A stretch of 42,323 nucleotides of DNA, from positions 1-42,323 of the forward strand of contig CAZIUJ010000001.1 of assembly GCA_964542345.1 (NCBI GenBank), given 5' to 3'. Of the stretch, positions 1 through 8,721 are shown piece by piece (the stretch's first letter is position 1; every line of letters starts with the position of its first letter). Source of the DNA: an uncultured Alistipes sp. GTDB lineage: Bacteria > Bacteroidota > Bacteroidia > Bacteroidales > Rikenellaceae. The notes under the pieces are model-generated. The model saw nothing but the letters and a program-made list of their open reading frames with translations, was not told the DNA's origin and did no database searches. A program made the translations under genes and the position numbers.

Positions 1-43
1 ACTTACATTATTACGCCCCGAATGCCCGTTTTTACGCGATTTC

Positions 44-128
44 TTCGTATCTTTGACTGCGTCGAAGATACTCACGCTCGGCAAAATGCAAGCGAGCTTG
101 CTTTTGCCCTCGCTTATTCGTATCTTTG
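44..128 (+). repeat. Intergenic hairpin repeat, copy 1, flanked by 12-bp direct repeat TTCGTATCTTTG (44-55, 117-128) containing the -7 promoter box
   Basis: Core CTCGGCAAAATGCAAGCGAGCTTGCTTTTGCCCTCG (77-112) folds as GGCAAAA-T-GCAAGC-GA-GCTTGC-TTTTGCC; related cores at 7121, 9330 (reverse) and 40951. Confidence 0.75.
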
Positions 129-152
129 GCTCGTCCTTTTGAAACTGTACGT

Positions 153-3125
153 ATGCGGAAACATATTTTTCTGACGGTATTTCTGCTGTGCGGCGTTTTC
201 GGCGCGCAGGCCGCCTCCGACACTCCCGGCGGATTCATCGCCCGCGGGCGCGAACTATTCGATGCCGGACGCTGGAGCGATGCCCGGCACGAGTTCCTCG
301 CGGCGCGCGAGACCCTGCATCCCGATGCGCGGGCCGATGCCGAGGAGATCGACTTCTTCCTGGCCGCCTGCGCCGTGGAGCTGGGCAGTCCCGATGCCGA
401 GGGGGCGTTGAATCGCTTCATCGCCGAGCATCCCGGGTCGGTCTATGCGAACGACGTGAATTTTGCCCTCGGCTCTTTCTATTGCGCGCAGGGCGATATG
501 CCGCGGGCTCGCGAGGCTTTCCGGAAGACCGATTACAAGGCCCTGAACGCTTCGCGCCGCGAGCAGTACGATATCCGCATGGGTTGCGTGGAGTTTGCCG
601 AGGGCAACTACGCCCAAACTTACACCTACTTCGACCGTATCGGCCGGCGCAGCAAGTACGCCGACCACGCCCGTTACTACAAAGCCTATATCGATTACGT
701 CGAGGGCCGCTACGACCTCGCGCGGGCCGGCTTCGCCGCGTTGGAGAGCAGCGACGCCTACCGCGACGTCGTGCCTTACTACCTCCTGCAGATTGAGTTC
801 CGCAAGGGCAACTACCGCTACGTCGTCGAGCAGGGCGATTCGCTGGCCGGACGCCTCGTGCCCGAACGCCGGGCCGAGCTGGAGCGCGTGATCGCCGAGT
901 CGTGGTTCCACCTCGGGGAGTTCTCCCGCACCGTCGAGCACCTCGGCAAGTTCCGCGAGGCCGGCGGCGTCTTCGACCGCGACGCCGCTTATCAGATGGG
1001 CTTCTCGCTCTACCGCACGGCCCGTTATCCCGAGTCCGTCGAGTGGCTGCGCAAGGCGTGCGGCGCCGAGGACGAGTTGACTCAGAACGCCTCCTACCAC
1101 TTGGCCGACTGCTACGTGCGGGCCGGCGACAAGCAGGCGGCCATGCAGGCTTTCGCAATGGCTGCCGACGAGCGTTTCGACGCCCGCATCGCCGAAGATG
1201 CCCTGTTCAACTACGCCAAGCTGCAGTACGAGTTGGGCGGCGGGGCTTTCAACGGCGCTATCCACATGCTGAGCAAGTATGCCGAGCGCTATCCCTCCTC
1301 GCCGCGCATCGGCGAGGTGCGGACGCTGCTCATCGCCGCTTATTACAATTCGCGCGACTACGATGCCGCCTACCGGGCTATTCAGGCTTCGCCGACGCGG
1401 GATGGCGAGCTGCGGGCCGCCTGGCAGAAGATCGCTTATTTCCGCGGACTGGAGGCTTACGCCGCGGGCGATCTGACTGGCGCGCAGCGTTATCTCGAAG
1501 AGTCCGCTTCCGTGGGCGTCAGCCCCAAATATGCGGCCCTCAACCTCTTTTGGCAGGGGGAGATCGCTTTCGCCCGGGAGGACTACGCCACGGCCGCCGC
1601 CCGCTTCAACACCTACATCCGCCGTGCGCCCGCCGCCGAGCGGGAGTATGCGTTGGCCCATTACAACCTCGGTTACTGCGCCTTTTCGCGCGGGCAGATG
1701 CAGACCGCCGGCGAGAAGTTCGAGCAGTTCCTCGAACTATACAAGCCCGAGGACCGTTATCTGGCCGACGCCTATAACCGCTTGGGCGACGTCTGCTACG
1801 CCGGCCGCGAGTTCGAGTCGGCCGTCCAGCTCTACGACAAGGCGATCGCCGTCGGCACCTCCGAGCGGGAGTATGCCGCCTACAAGCGGGCCGTTACGCT
1901 CGGCATTCTGGGCCGCGAGGAGCAGAAGATGCGGGCCCTGCGGCAGATCGTCGCTCAGGGCGGCGAGTATGCCGACGCGGCTTCCTACGAGCTGGGCCGT
2001 TCCTACATCGCGCAGGAGCGTTATGCCGAGGGCGCCGCGCAGCTCGAAAAGTTCCTCGTCGACTTCCCCTCGTCGCCGCGGCGCGTGCAGGCTTGTTCCG
2101 ATCTGGGCCTCGCGTATCTCAACCTCGGCGACCGCAAGAAGTCGCTCCATTACTACGATCAGGTCGTCGGCGCGGCGCCCCGTTCGGCCGAGGGCCGCGG
2201 GGCGATGCAGGGCATCCGCGAGATCTACGTCTCGGAGGGCGACGTCGACGGCTATTTCGACTACGCTGCCAAAGCCGGCCTGGAGAGCGACCTCACCTCC
2301 ATTTCGCGCGACTCCCTCTCGTTCGTCGCCGCACAGAAGCTCTACCTCACCAACCGGCACGAGATCGCGGCCCGGTCGCTGCGCAGCTACGTCAAAAGTT
2401 ACCCGAAGGGCAGTTACCGCTTCGACGCGCTCTATTACCTGACCGACTGCTACCTCAGCCTCGGCCAGCGCGACGAGGCGATCCGGACGCTCTCGGAGCT
2501 CGCTTCTTTGGGTACCAACAAGTATAGCGTTACCGTCCTGGAGCGCCTCTCCGAAATGACTTCCGCCGACAAGCGCTACGACGAGGCGGCCGCTGCCTAC
2601 CGCAAGCTCTACGAGGTCGCACCGACGGCTGCCGAGCGCGAAAAGGCAATGATCGGCTACGTGCGTTCGACGCTCGCCGGGGGTGATTCCGAAAAGATCG
2701 TCGCCATGGCCGCCGACGTCTGCAGCCATCCCGATGCCGGAGCCGTTGCTTTGAGGGAGGCCCGCTTCGCATGGGCCGAGCAGCTGCGCGGGGAGAACCG
2801 CCGCATCGAGGCGGCCGAGCACTACCGCACGCTCGCCGCCGACGTCCGCACCCGCGAGGGATCGGCCGCCGCCTACTACCTGATCGAGGATGCGTTCGAC
2901 AGCGGCGACATGGCCCGCACCGAAAAGGAGATTTTCGCTTTCTCCGAGCGGGAGCCGCAGGCTTACTGGCTGGCAAAGGCCTACCTCCTCTTAGGCGACG
3001 TCTACGTCCGGCAGGACGACACGTTCCAAGCCCGCGCCACGTGGCAGAGCGTGGCCGACGGTTATTCGCCGGCCGACGACGGCATCGTGGACGAGGCGAA
3101 AGCCCGAATCCGAAAACTGAACTGA
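153..3125 (+). CDS. Large exported tetratricopeptide-repeat (TPR) protein, ~990 aa
   Basis: ATG at 153 (MRKHIFLTVFLLCGVFGAQAA, signal peptide); many helical repeats such as ALAHYNLGYCAF, ADAYNRLGDVCY, ASYELGRSYI. Confidence 0.88.
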   Translation: MRKHIFLTVFLLCGVFGAQAASDTPGGFIARGRELFDAGRWSDARHEFLAARETLHPDARADAEEIDFFLAACAVELGSPDAEGALNRFIAEHPGSVYANDVNFALGSFYCAQGDMPRAREAFRKTDYKALNASRREQYDIRMGCVEFAEGNYAQTYTYFDRIGRRSKYADHARYYKAYIDYVEGRYDLARAGFAALESSDAYRDVVPYYLLQIEFRKGNYRYVVEQGDSLAGRLVPERRAELERVIAESWFHLGEFSRTVEHLGKFREAGGVFDRDAAYQMGFSLYRTARYPESVEWLRKACGAEDELTQNASYHLADCYVRAGDKQAAMQAFAMAADERFDARIAEDALFNYAKLQYELGGGAFNGAIHMLSKYAERYPSSPRIGEVRTLLIAAYYNSRDYDAAYRAIQASPTRDGELRAAWQKIAYFRGLEAYAAGDLTGAQRYLEESASVGVSPKYAALNLFWQGEIAFAREDYATAAARFNTYIRRAPAAEREYALAHYNLGYCAFSRGQMQTAGEKFEQFLELYKPEDRYLADAYNRLGDVCYAGREFESAVQLYDKAIAVGTSEREYAAYKRAVTLGILGREEQKMRALRQIVAQGGEYADAASYELGRSYIAQERYAEGAAQLEKFLVDFPSSPRRVQACSDLGLAYLNLGDRKKSLHYYDQVVGAAPRSAEGRGAMQGIREIYVSEGDVDGYFDYAAKAGLESDLTSISRDSLSFVAAQKLYLTNRHEIAARSLRSYVKSYPKGSYRFDALYYLTDCYLSLGQRDEAIRTLSELASLGTNKYSVTVLERLSEMTSADKRYDEAAAAYRKLYEVAPTAAEREKAMIGYVRSTLAGGDSEKIVAMAADVCSHPDAGAVALREARFAWAEQLRGENRRIEAAEHYRTLAADVRTREGSAAAYYLIEDAFDSGDMARTEKEIFAFSEREPQAYWLAKAYLLLGDVYVRQDDTFQARATWQSVADGYSPADDGIVDEAKARIRKLN

Positions 3126-3127
3126 CC

Positions 3128-4843
3128 ATGAAACGATTCTTCATAGCCGCCGCTTTCGTCGCGGCGTTGCCCGCGGGCGTGCTGGCGCAGGTCGGCAAGC
3201 AGGTCGAGGTTACCAAGACCTACGTGCTGAGTCTGGAGAGCGCCGTCAAGCTGCCCGTCCGTCCCGATATGACCGATACGGTGAAGATGTACCCCGAGAT
3301 CGATTACTCCATTACGCCGCTGTCGCTCGAAACTTCGTTCCGCACACGGCCGATCCGCCCCGCGTCGGTTACCTACTGGGAGTTCAACCGGCCGCTCCCG
3401 TGCTACGTCAAGGCCGGCGCCGGCTATCCGCTCAACTCCGTCGTCGATTTCTACGTTTCGACGCAGAACGCCGCCACGGGCTACGCCGTGGGCTACCTCA
3501 ACCACGAGGGCCGTTACGCCGACATCCGCAATACGTTCGGCGACAAGTTCAATTCCGTGCGTCTCCTGAACCGCATCGGCGCCGCGGCCGGCAAGTATTT
3601 CGGCCGCCATGTCGTGGAGGGCGAGGTGAGCTACGACAACCGACTCTACCACCGCTACGGGCGTCATACGCCCTCCGGTGCTGCGTTCAGTGCCCTGCCG
3701 CGGCCCGGCGCGGTTGTCGACTACGGCGACGCGAATTTCGCCTTGCGGGTCGGCGACGACTTCCAGAACCTCGACCGCTTCAACTTCGAGGTCGCCGTGC
3801 ACGGGGGGCTCTTCTTCGACCACTCCGACGTCGCCGAGCGGGCCCGGCAGAGCGGTTTCGGCGGCAGCGCCAAGATCGCCCGCGCATTCGGAGAGCACCG
3901 CTTCTCGCTCGAAGCCGGCTACGAGTGGCTGGACGGCAGCAAGAACCTCTCCGGACGCCAGCAGCAGATCCGCGCCGCCGCCCGCTACGGACGCGACGGC
4001 GAGGTGGTCCGCTTCGTCGTGGGGGCCGACTACTGCCACGACCGCATGAAAGGGGAGGAGAACGGCAACTACATCCTCCCTTATGCGCGCGTCGACTTCA
4101 AGCTTGGGGCCCGCGAGTTCAAGCCTTTCGTCGAGGTCGACGGCGAGGTGCACGACAACAGCTTCCGTTCGCTGACGCGCCTGAATCCCTACGTCGCCGA
4201 GGGGACGTGGCTCGGCAAAAGCTCGGTCGACTACAACGTGCGGCTCGGCCTGGGCGGCGCCCTCTGGCACAACCGCTTCGACTACCGCGTCTACGTCGCT
4301 TTCTCGATCCACGACAACCACCTCTATTGGACCGGCAACAGCTTTGCCGACCGGCAGAATAGTTGGTTTTCGGGCTTCCTGACGCCCGATCTGTCGCGGC
4401 AGACCGTCGGGTCGCTGCACGGCGAGCTCATCTACCGGCCCGTCAGCCAGCTGCAGATCGACCTGGGGCTGCACGGCTACCTCTACAACGACGAGCGCGT
4501 GTTCAAGGACTACAAGCGCATCGAACTGGGCAACGGCGATCCGCAGTTCCGGGGCAACGCTGCTGTCCGCTACCGGGGCCGGAAGATCGCCTGCGGCCTG
4601 ACGGCCCGGGCCGAAAGCCGGCGTTCCTGGAGCTTGTTCACGACTCGGGGCGAGGGGGTGGTCTGCGAAAGTTTCTCGGCGCCGTTCTCCGTCGACTTGG
4701 GCGTCGACTTCGAGTGGAAGATTTCGGGCCGCGTTTCGCTCTTCGCCGAGGGCCGCAACCTGCTCGACCGCAGGCTCTACGTCATTCCGTGGTACCCCGA
4801 GTACCGGGTCAGCTGTACCGCCGGGGCGAAGGTGCAGTTCTGA
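3128..4843 (+). CDS. Outer-membrane beta-barrel protein (TonB-dependent receptor-like), closely linked to the TPR gene
   Basis: ATG 2 nt after the TPR stop; signal peptide ending VLA-Q; alternating amphipathic strands; EGRNLLDRR motif and C-terminal Phe (GAKVQF). Confidence 0.75.
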   Translation: MKRFFIAAAFVAALPAGVLAQVGKQVEVTKTYVLSLESAVKLPVRPDMTDTVKMYPEIDYSITPLSLETSFRTRPIRPASVTYWEFNRPLPCYVKAGAGYPLNSVVDFYVSTQNAATGYAVGYLNHEGRYADIRNTFGDKFNSVRLLNRIGAAAGKYFGRHVVEGEVSYDNRLYHRYGRHTPSGAAFSALPRPGAVVDYGDANFALRVGDDFQNLDRFNFEVAVHGGLFFDHSDVAERARQSGFGGSAKIARAFGEHRFSLEAGYEWLDGSKNLSGRQQQIRAAARYGRDGEVVRFVVGADYCHDRMKGEENGNYILPYARVDFKLGAREFKPFVEVDGEVHDNSFRSLTRLNPYVAEGTWLGKSSVDYNVRLGLGGALWHNRFDYRVYVAFSIHDNHLYWTGNSFADRQNSWFSGFLTPDLSRQTVGSLHGELIYRPVSQLQIDLGLHGYLYNDERVFKDYKRIELGNGDPQFRGNAAVRYRGRKIACGLTARAESRRSWSLFTTRGEGVVCESFSAPFSVDLGVDFEWKISGRVSLFAEGRNLLDRRLYVIPWYPEYRVSCTAGAKVQF

Positions 4844-4863
4844 GCGCGCACCCGCAAAAAACA

Positions 4864-4898
4864 GGAAGGACGGTTCCCGCTTTCGGGACCGTCCTTTC
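4864..4898. terminator. Probable bidirectional intrinsic terminator
   Basis: GAAGGACGGTTCCCG-CTTT-CGGGACCGTCCTTTC hairpin, A-run on the left, between the convergent barrel gene and SRP RNA. Confidence 0.65.
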
Positions 4899-4915
4899 GT
4901 ATGGGCATGAAAAAA

Positions 4916-5011
4916 GGGTGAGCTACTTATATCGCACCGCTGCGACCGCATACCCTTGCTCGATTCCTCGCCTGGGGGATTCTGCAGGAGCTGGTCGTAT
5001 AAGACTCACCC
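4916..5011 (-). ncRNA. ffs: Signal recognition particle RNA (4.5S, small bacterial type)
   Basis: Minus strand reads GGGTGAGTCTTATACGACC...CCCCCAGG-CGA-GGAA-TCG-AGCAAGGGT...ATATAAGTAGCTCACCC: long rod with paired ends and the domain IV CAGG/GGAA tetraloop/AGCA motif; minus-strand -7 box TACTTTTG at 5018-5025; T-run after the 3' end. Confidence 0.9.
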
Positions 5012-5017
5012 GAGGGA

Positions 5018-5044
5018 CAAAAGTAGGAAATTTTTATATCTTTG
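5018..5044. promoter_or_regulatory. Back-to-back Bacteroidetes -7 boxes: TACTTTTG (minus, 5018-5025, ffs) and TATCTTTG (plus, 5037-5044, mltG)
   Basis: Both match TAnnTTTG and lie a few nt upstream of the respective 5' ends. Confidence 0.7.
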
Positions 5045-5062
5045 CAAAAATTTCGAGCAGCA

Positions 5063-6073
5063 ATGCGCAAAAAAACAGGTTATCTTTTCGGGGCTCTCCT
5101 CCTCTTGGGAGCCGTGGCGGCCCTGATCGGGTACGTGCAGTTCAAGGGCAATGCCGTGCCTGAGAAGTACGAGCTCTTCGTCAGCTCCCGGGCCGATTAC
5201 GGGGCGCTCGTCGATTCGTTGATGCCCCGCATCCGGCACCATGCCGCGTTCCGTTACTACGCTCGGCGGATCGGTTTGTCTCAGAGTTTCCGCCCCGGAC
5301 ATTACGAGCTGGAGCCCGGCATGAACGTGATCCGTATCGCCCGCATCTTGAAGCTGGGCTTGCAGACCCCCGTGCGCGTTACGATCAACAACGCGCGGAC
5401 GCCCGCCTTTCTGGCGCAGAAGCTCGCCCTGCAGCTCGATGCCGATTCCGTCGCCTGGATGCAGGCTCTCACTTCGCAGGAGCAGGCCGCCCGGTTGGGC
5501 TTCGACAGCGTGTCGCTCTTTTCGATGTTCATTCCCGACTCCTACGAATCTTACTGGACGGTCTCGCCCGAGGAGTTCCTGCATCACATGAAGCGCGAGT
5601 ACGACCGTTTCTGGAGCGCGGGGCGCGACGAGCAGCGCAAGCGCAGCGGCCTGAGCCGGATGGAGGTCATGACGCTGGCTTCGATCGTCTACGAGGAGAC
5701 TCGCCAGAGCGACGAAATGCCCCGCGTGGCCGGGGTCTATATCAACCGTCTGCGCCGGGGAATCCCCCTGCAGGCCGACCCGACGGTCAAGTTCGCCATG
5801 CAGGATTTCGCCTTGCGGCGCATTCTCCACAAGCATCTGAAATTCCCGTCGCCCTACAATACCTATATAAATAAGGGGCTTCCGCCGTCGCCCATCTGCA
5901 TGCCCGGCAAGGATGCGATCCATGCCGTCCTCGACTTCGAGCAGCACGACTACATCTTCTTCTGCGCCCGGCCCGAGTTCGACGGCTACCACAATTTCGC
6001 CAAAACCTACCGCGAGCACATGGCCAACGCCCGGGCCTACAGTGCCGAGCTGAACCGCCGCAATATCAAATGA
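5063..6073 (+). CDS. mltG: Endolytic transglycosylase MltG (YceG family)
   Basis: N-terminal TM anchor; LASIVYEET (catalytic Glu), VAGVYINRL, LQADPTV, SPYNTY..GLPPSPI motifs. Confidence 0.95.
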   Translation: MRKKTGYLFGALLLLGAVAALIGYVQFKGNAVPEKYELFVSSRADYGALVDSLMPRIRHHAAFRYYARRIGLSQSFRPGHYELEPGMNVIRIARILKLGLQTPVRVTINNARTPAFLAQKLALQLDADSVAWMQALTSQEQAARLGFDSVSLFSMFIPDSYESYWTVSPEEFLHHMKREYDRFWSAGRDEQRKRSGLSRMEVMTLASIVYEETRQSDEMPRVAGVYINRLRRGIPLQADPTVKFAMQDFALRRILHKHLKFPSPYNTYINKGLPPSPICMPGKDAIHAVLDFEQHDYIFFCARPEFDGYHNFAKTYREHMANARAYSAELNRRNIK

Positions 6074-6080
6074 CTATAAG

Positions 6081-6110
6081 AAAAGCCCGCCTTGTCGAGG
6101 CGGGCTTTTT
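6081..6110. terminator. Bidirectional intrinsic terminator
   Basis: AAAAGCCCGCCTTG-TC-GAGGCGGGCTTTTT between convergent genes. Confidence 0.8.
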
Positions 6111-6194
6111 CAGCATTCGAACCGGACCTCAGAGCTTTTCGGCCAGCGCTTCCGCTTGTCAGTATCCGTCCGCCGTCCATGTTTTCATGGTCTC

Positions 6195-6578
6195 TTATTT
6201 CTGAATCGTGTTCGAATTTTGGTTGTAGGCTTTCGCCACGCACTTCCATGCTCCGTCGATCTTCAGCAGCAGGAGGTAGTCGGTGAAGTCGATGCGGCCG
6301 CCCCAGCCCTCTTCGAGCACCCGGACCACGGCCAGCGTCTCTTCGACGGCCACTACGTCGATGCGGGCCCGAAACCCCTCGCCGGCGCCGACCGTGTCGA
6401 CGTTGCGGTAGAACTGGTCGATGGCTCCGCGTTCTATTTTTCCGTCGAGCATGCCGAACAGCACGGCATCTTCGGTGAAGAGTTCGCGGGCATGGCTGCT
6501 GTCGCCTTCGGCCACGCTTCGTACAAATTTCCGGGCCGCTTCTTCTACGGCCGCATATTCCTGAATCGAGTCGCGCAT
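6195..6578 (-). CDS. SnoaL/NTF2-like (putative lumazine-binding family) protein
   Basis: ~127 aa from MRDSIQEY; FTEDAVLFG and FTDYLLLLKIDGAWKCVAKAY are typical of this family; minus-strand -7 box TACCTTTG at 6606-6613. Confidence 0.8.
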   Translation of the reverse strand: MRDSIQEYAAVEEAARKFVRSVAEGDSSHARELFTEDAVLFGMLDGKIERGAIDQFYRNVDTVGAGEGFRARIDVVAVEETLAVVRVLEEGWGGRIDFTDYLLLLKIDGAWKCVAKAYNQNSNTIQK

Positions 6579-6637
6579 GATGTGTTGGTGTTGGTTTGAC
6601 GGTCGCAAAGGTAGGGGGTAGCATCCGTTTCCGCAAG

Positions 6638-6680
6638 TACCGAAAAATTTTTCGCATACTGAAAATTTTGTCGCTATACT
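6638..6680. promoter_or_regulatory. Putative HxlR operator (tandem imperfect repeat with internal palindrome)
   Basis: TACCGAAAAATTTTTCGCATACT / TACTGAAAATTTTGTCGCTATACT; perfect palindrome CGAAAAATTTTTCG at 6641-6654, between divergent -7 boxes (6606-6613 minus, 6702-6709 plus). Confidence 0.45.
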
Positions 6681-6730
6681 TTCCGTTCGGACAATTATGC
6701 TTATTTTTGCATCCTAAAACCTGTTGCACC

Positions 6731-7084
6731 ATGTACGAACGGAAAATCCCGATCGACCTGAGCTGTCCGCTGCGGCTGACCATGAGCCTCATCAACTCCA
6801 AATGGAAATCCTGCATCCTCGACGAGCTGCGCCACGGTCCGCTACGGCCCAGCGAGCTCCACAAGGTGCTGCCGGAGGCCGCGCCGCGTGTGCTGGACCT
6901 GCAGCTTCGGGAGCTTTCCGAGGACGGGCTCGTCGCAAAGACCATCTTCGCCGAGCTCCCGCCGCGTTCGGAGTACGCCATTACGGAACTGGGGCGGTCG
7001 CTGCTGCCGATCATCGACGCCATGATCGCCTGGGGCGAGCGCAACAGCGCCTTGTTCGAGCGGAAATTTCCGGCCGGTCGGTAA
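6731..7084 (+). CDS. HxlR/DUF24-family winged-helix transcriptional regulator
   Basis: N-terminal CP redox-sensing Cys, KWKSCIL, LRELSEDGLV, PPRSEYAITELGRSL. Confidence 0.92.
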   Translation: MYERKIPIDLSCPLRLTMSLINSKWKSCILDELRHGPLRPSELHKVLPEAAPRVLDLQLRELSEDGLVAKTIFAELPPRSEYAITELGRSLLPIIDAMIAWGERNSALFERKFPAGR

Positions 7085-7120
7085 TCCGTCGGGGGTTCTT
7101 TGCTCGGGAGGGCTCCCTGT

Positions 7121-7173
7121 CTCGGCATAACCAAGCTATCGCTTGTTTCTGCGCTCGACTTTTCGTATCTTTG
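7121..7173 (+). repeat. Intergenic hairpin repeat, copy 2, ending in -7 box TATCTTTG (7166-7173)
   Basis: CTCGGCATAACCAAGCTATCGCTTGTTTCTGCGCTCG-N8-TATCTTTG, same architecture and spacing as copy 1. Confidence 0.7.
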
Positions 7174-7195
7174 CCAAATCAAAATATAGCGAACT

Positions 7196-7768
7196 ATGAA
7201 AAAATCTTTTTGGAGCGATGCCGCTCGTTGCGGCGCCTATGTGGGTTTATTGTTGGCCGCATCGTCAGTGGTGGAAAACTTGTTGATGCTTTCCGGAAAA
7301 ATGGGGCTTTATGCGGTGTTGATCGTAGAATGGCTGTCTGTTGTAGCGCTGCATTTCTATCTGTTGCTTCGCTTCACACGTCAGCGTTCCATGCTCTATT
7401 CCGTTGACGAGGGCTTTACGTTCGGTCAGGGGTATGGTTACACGGTCGCTATGTCGTTGTTGGGTGGTTTGATTCTCGGCGCGGTCAACTATATTTTTAT
7501 ACACCTCGTGCTGGGATACGAGCATTATGTTGAGAAGATCGCCGGAGTCATGTCGCAGTTCGCTGCTATGGGTGGTTCCAAGAGCGCTGCTCCTATGATG
7601 GCGGTCATTGAACAACTGCAGGCCACCCCTGAACCGTCGTTGCTTGCCACCGTTTGGGGTGGTGTCTGGTCGAGCTTGCTTTTCGGCGCGATTTTTGGGT
7701 TAATCGTTGCCGGGGTGTTAGTCCGTGCTCCGAAGCCGTTCGGCGACAACGATGCCGCCCATGAATAA
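7196..7768 (+). CDS. DUF4199-like four-TM membrane protein
   Basis: Four hydrophobic segments with GFTFGQGYGY motif; overlaps the start of the GT2 gene. Confidence 0.75.
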   Translation: MKKSFWSDAARCGAYVGLLLAASSVVENLLMLSGKMGLYAVLIVEWLSVVALHFYLLLRFTRQRSMLYSVDEGFTFGQGYGYTVAMSLLGGLILGAVNYIFIHLVLGYEHYVEKIAGVMSQFAAMGGSKSAAPMMAVIEQLQATPEPSLLATVWGGVWSSLLFGAIFGLIVAGVLVRAPKPFGDNDAAHE

Positions 7769-8717
7769 CCCCGACATTTCGGTCGTCGTTCCGCTCTACA
7801 ACGAGGCGGAGTCGCTGCCCGAGCTCGCCGCGTGGATCGACCGCGTGGCCGGGGCCCACGGCCTCTCTTACGAGATCATCTTCGTCGACGACGGCTCGTC
7901 CGACTCCTCCTGGGAGGTCATCGGGACGCTCCGCGCGCAGTTTCCCGCCATTCGGGCTATCGGCTTCGCCCGCAACTACGGCAAGTCGGCCGCGCTCTAT
8001 TGCGGTTTCGAGGCCGCGCAGGGCGAGGTCGTCTTCACGATGGATGCCGATCTGCAGGATTCGCCCGATGAAATTCCCGAAATGCGGCGCATGATCCTCG
8101 ACGAGGGCTACGACCTCGTTTCGGGCTGGAAGAAGAAGCGTTACGATCCCGTCGGCAAGCGGTGGCCCAGCAAGTTCTTCAACTGGACGGCGCGCGCCGC
8201 TTCGGGCATCCGGCTGCACGACTTCAACTGCGGTCTGAAGGCTTACCGGCGCAAGGTCGTCAAGTCCATCGAGGTCTACGGCGAGATGCACCGCTTCATT
8301 CCTATCCTCGCGCGGCAGGCCGGTTTCCGGCATATCGGCGAGAAGGTCGTCGAGCACCGGGCCCGCAAGTACGGGCACTCCAAGTTCGGCATCGAGCGCA
8401 TGGTCAAGGGCTACCTCGACCTCATCTCCGTCTTGTTCATGTCGCACTTCGGGCGGTCGCCGATGTACTTCTTCGGGGGCCTCGGCACCTTGATGTTCTT
8501 CTTCGGCGGTTGTACGGCCGCCTGGATCATCGGCGCCAAGCTCTGGAAGCAGGCCCACGACCTGCCGCTCCGCTCCGTCGCCGACCAGCCGCTGTTCTAC
8601 CTCGCGTTGCTCGCCGTCATTCTCGGCGTCCAGCTGTTTTTGGCCGGTTTTTTGGGCGAGCTTATCAACCGCGGCTCCTCTGACCGCAACAAGTACCTGA
8701 TCGATAAAAATCTGTAG
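7761..8717 (+). CDS. GT2 polyprenol-phosphate glycosyltransferase (ArnC/DPM1-like)
   Basis: SVVVPLYNE, FVDDGSSD, RNYGKSAAL, MDADLQDSP, DFNCGLKAY, two C-terminal TM helices. Confidence 0.92.
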   Translation: MNNPDISVVVPLYNEAESLPELAAWIDRVAGAHGLSYEIIFVDDGSSDSSWEVIGTLRAQFPAIRAIGFARNYGKSAALYCGFEAAQGEVVFTMDADLQDSPDEIPEMRRMILDEGYDLVSGWKKKRYDPVGKRWPSKFFNWTARAASGIRLHDFNCGLKAYRRKVVKSIEVYGEMHRFIPILARQAGFRHIGEKVVEHRARKYGHSKFGIERMVKGYLDLISVLFMSHFGRSPMYFFGGLGTLMFFFGGCTAAWIIGAKLWKQAHDLPLRSVADQPLFYLALLAVILGVQLFLAGFLGELINRGSSDRNKYLIDKNL

Positions 8718-8721
8718 CTTC

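Noticed and set aside
32-421. 129-aa minus-strand ORF ending RLHFAEREYLRRSQRYEEIA
   Set aside because: Antisense to the TPR gene; its C-terminus is just the translated hairpin repeat
2771-3127. 119-aa N-terminal extension of the barrel ORF (likewise extensions from 6596, 40160 and 37764)
   Set aside because: Overlap neighbouring genes or promoters; downstream ATGs give proper signal peptides or family N-termini
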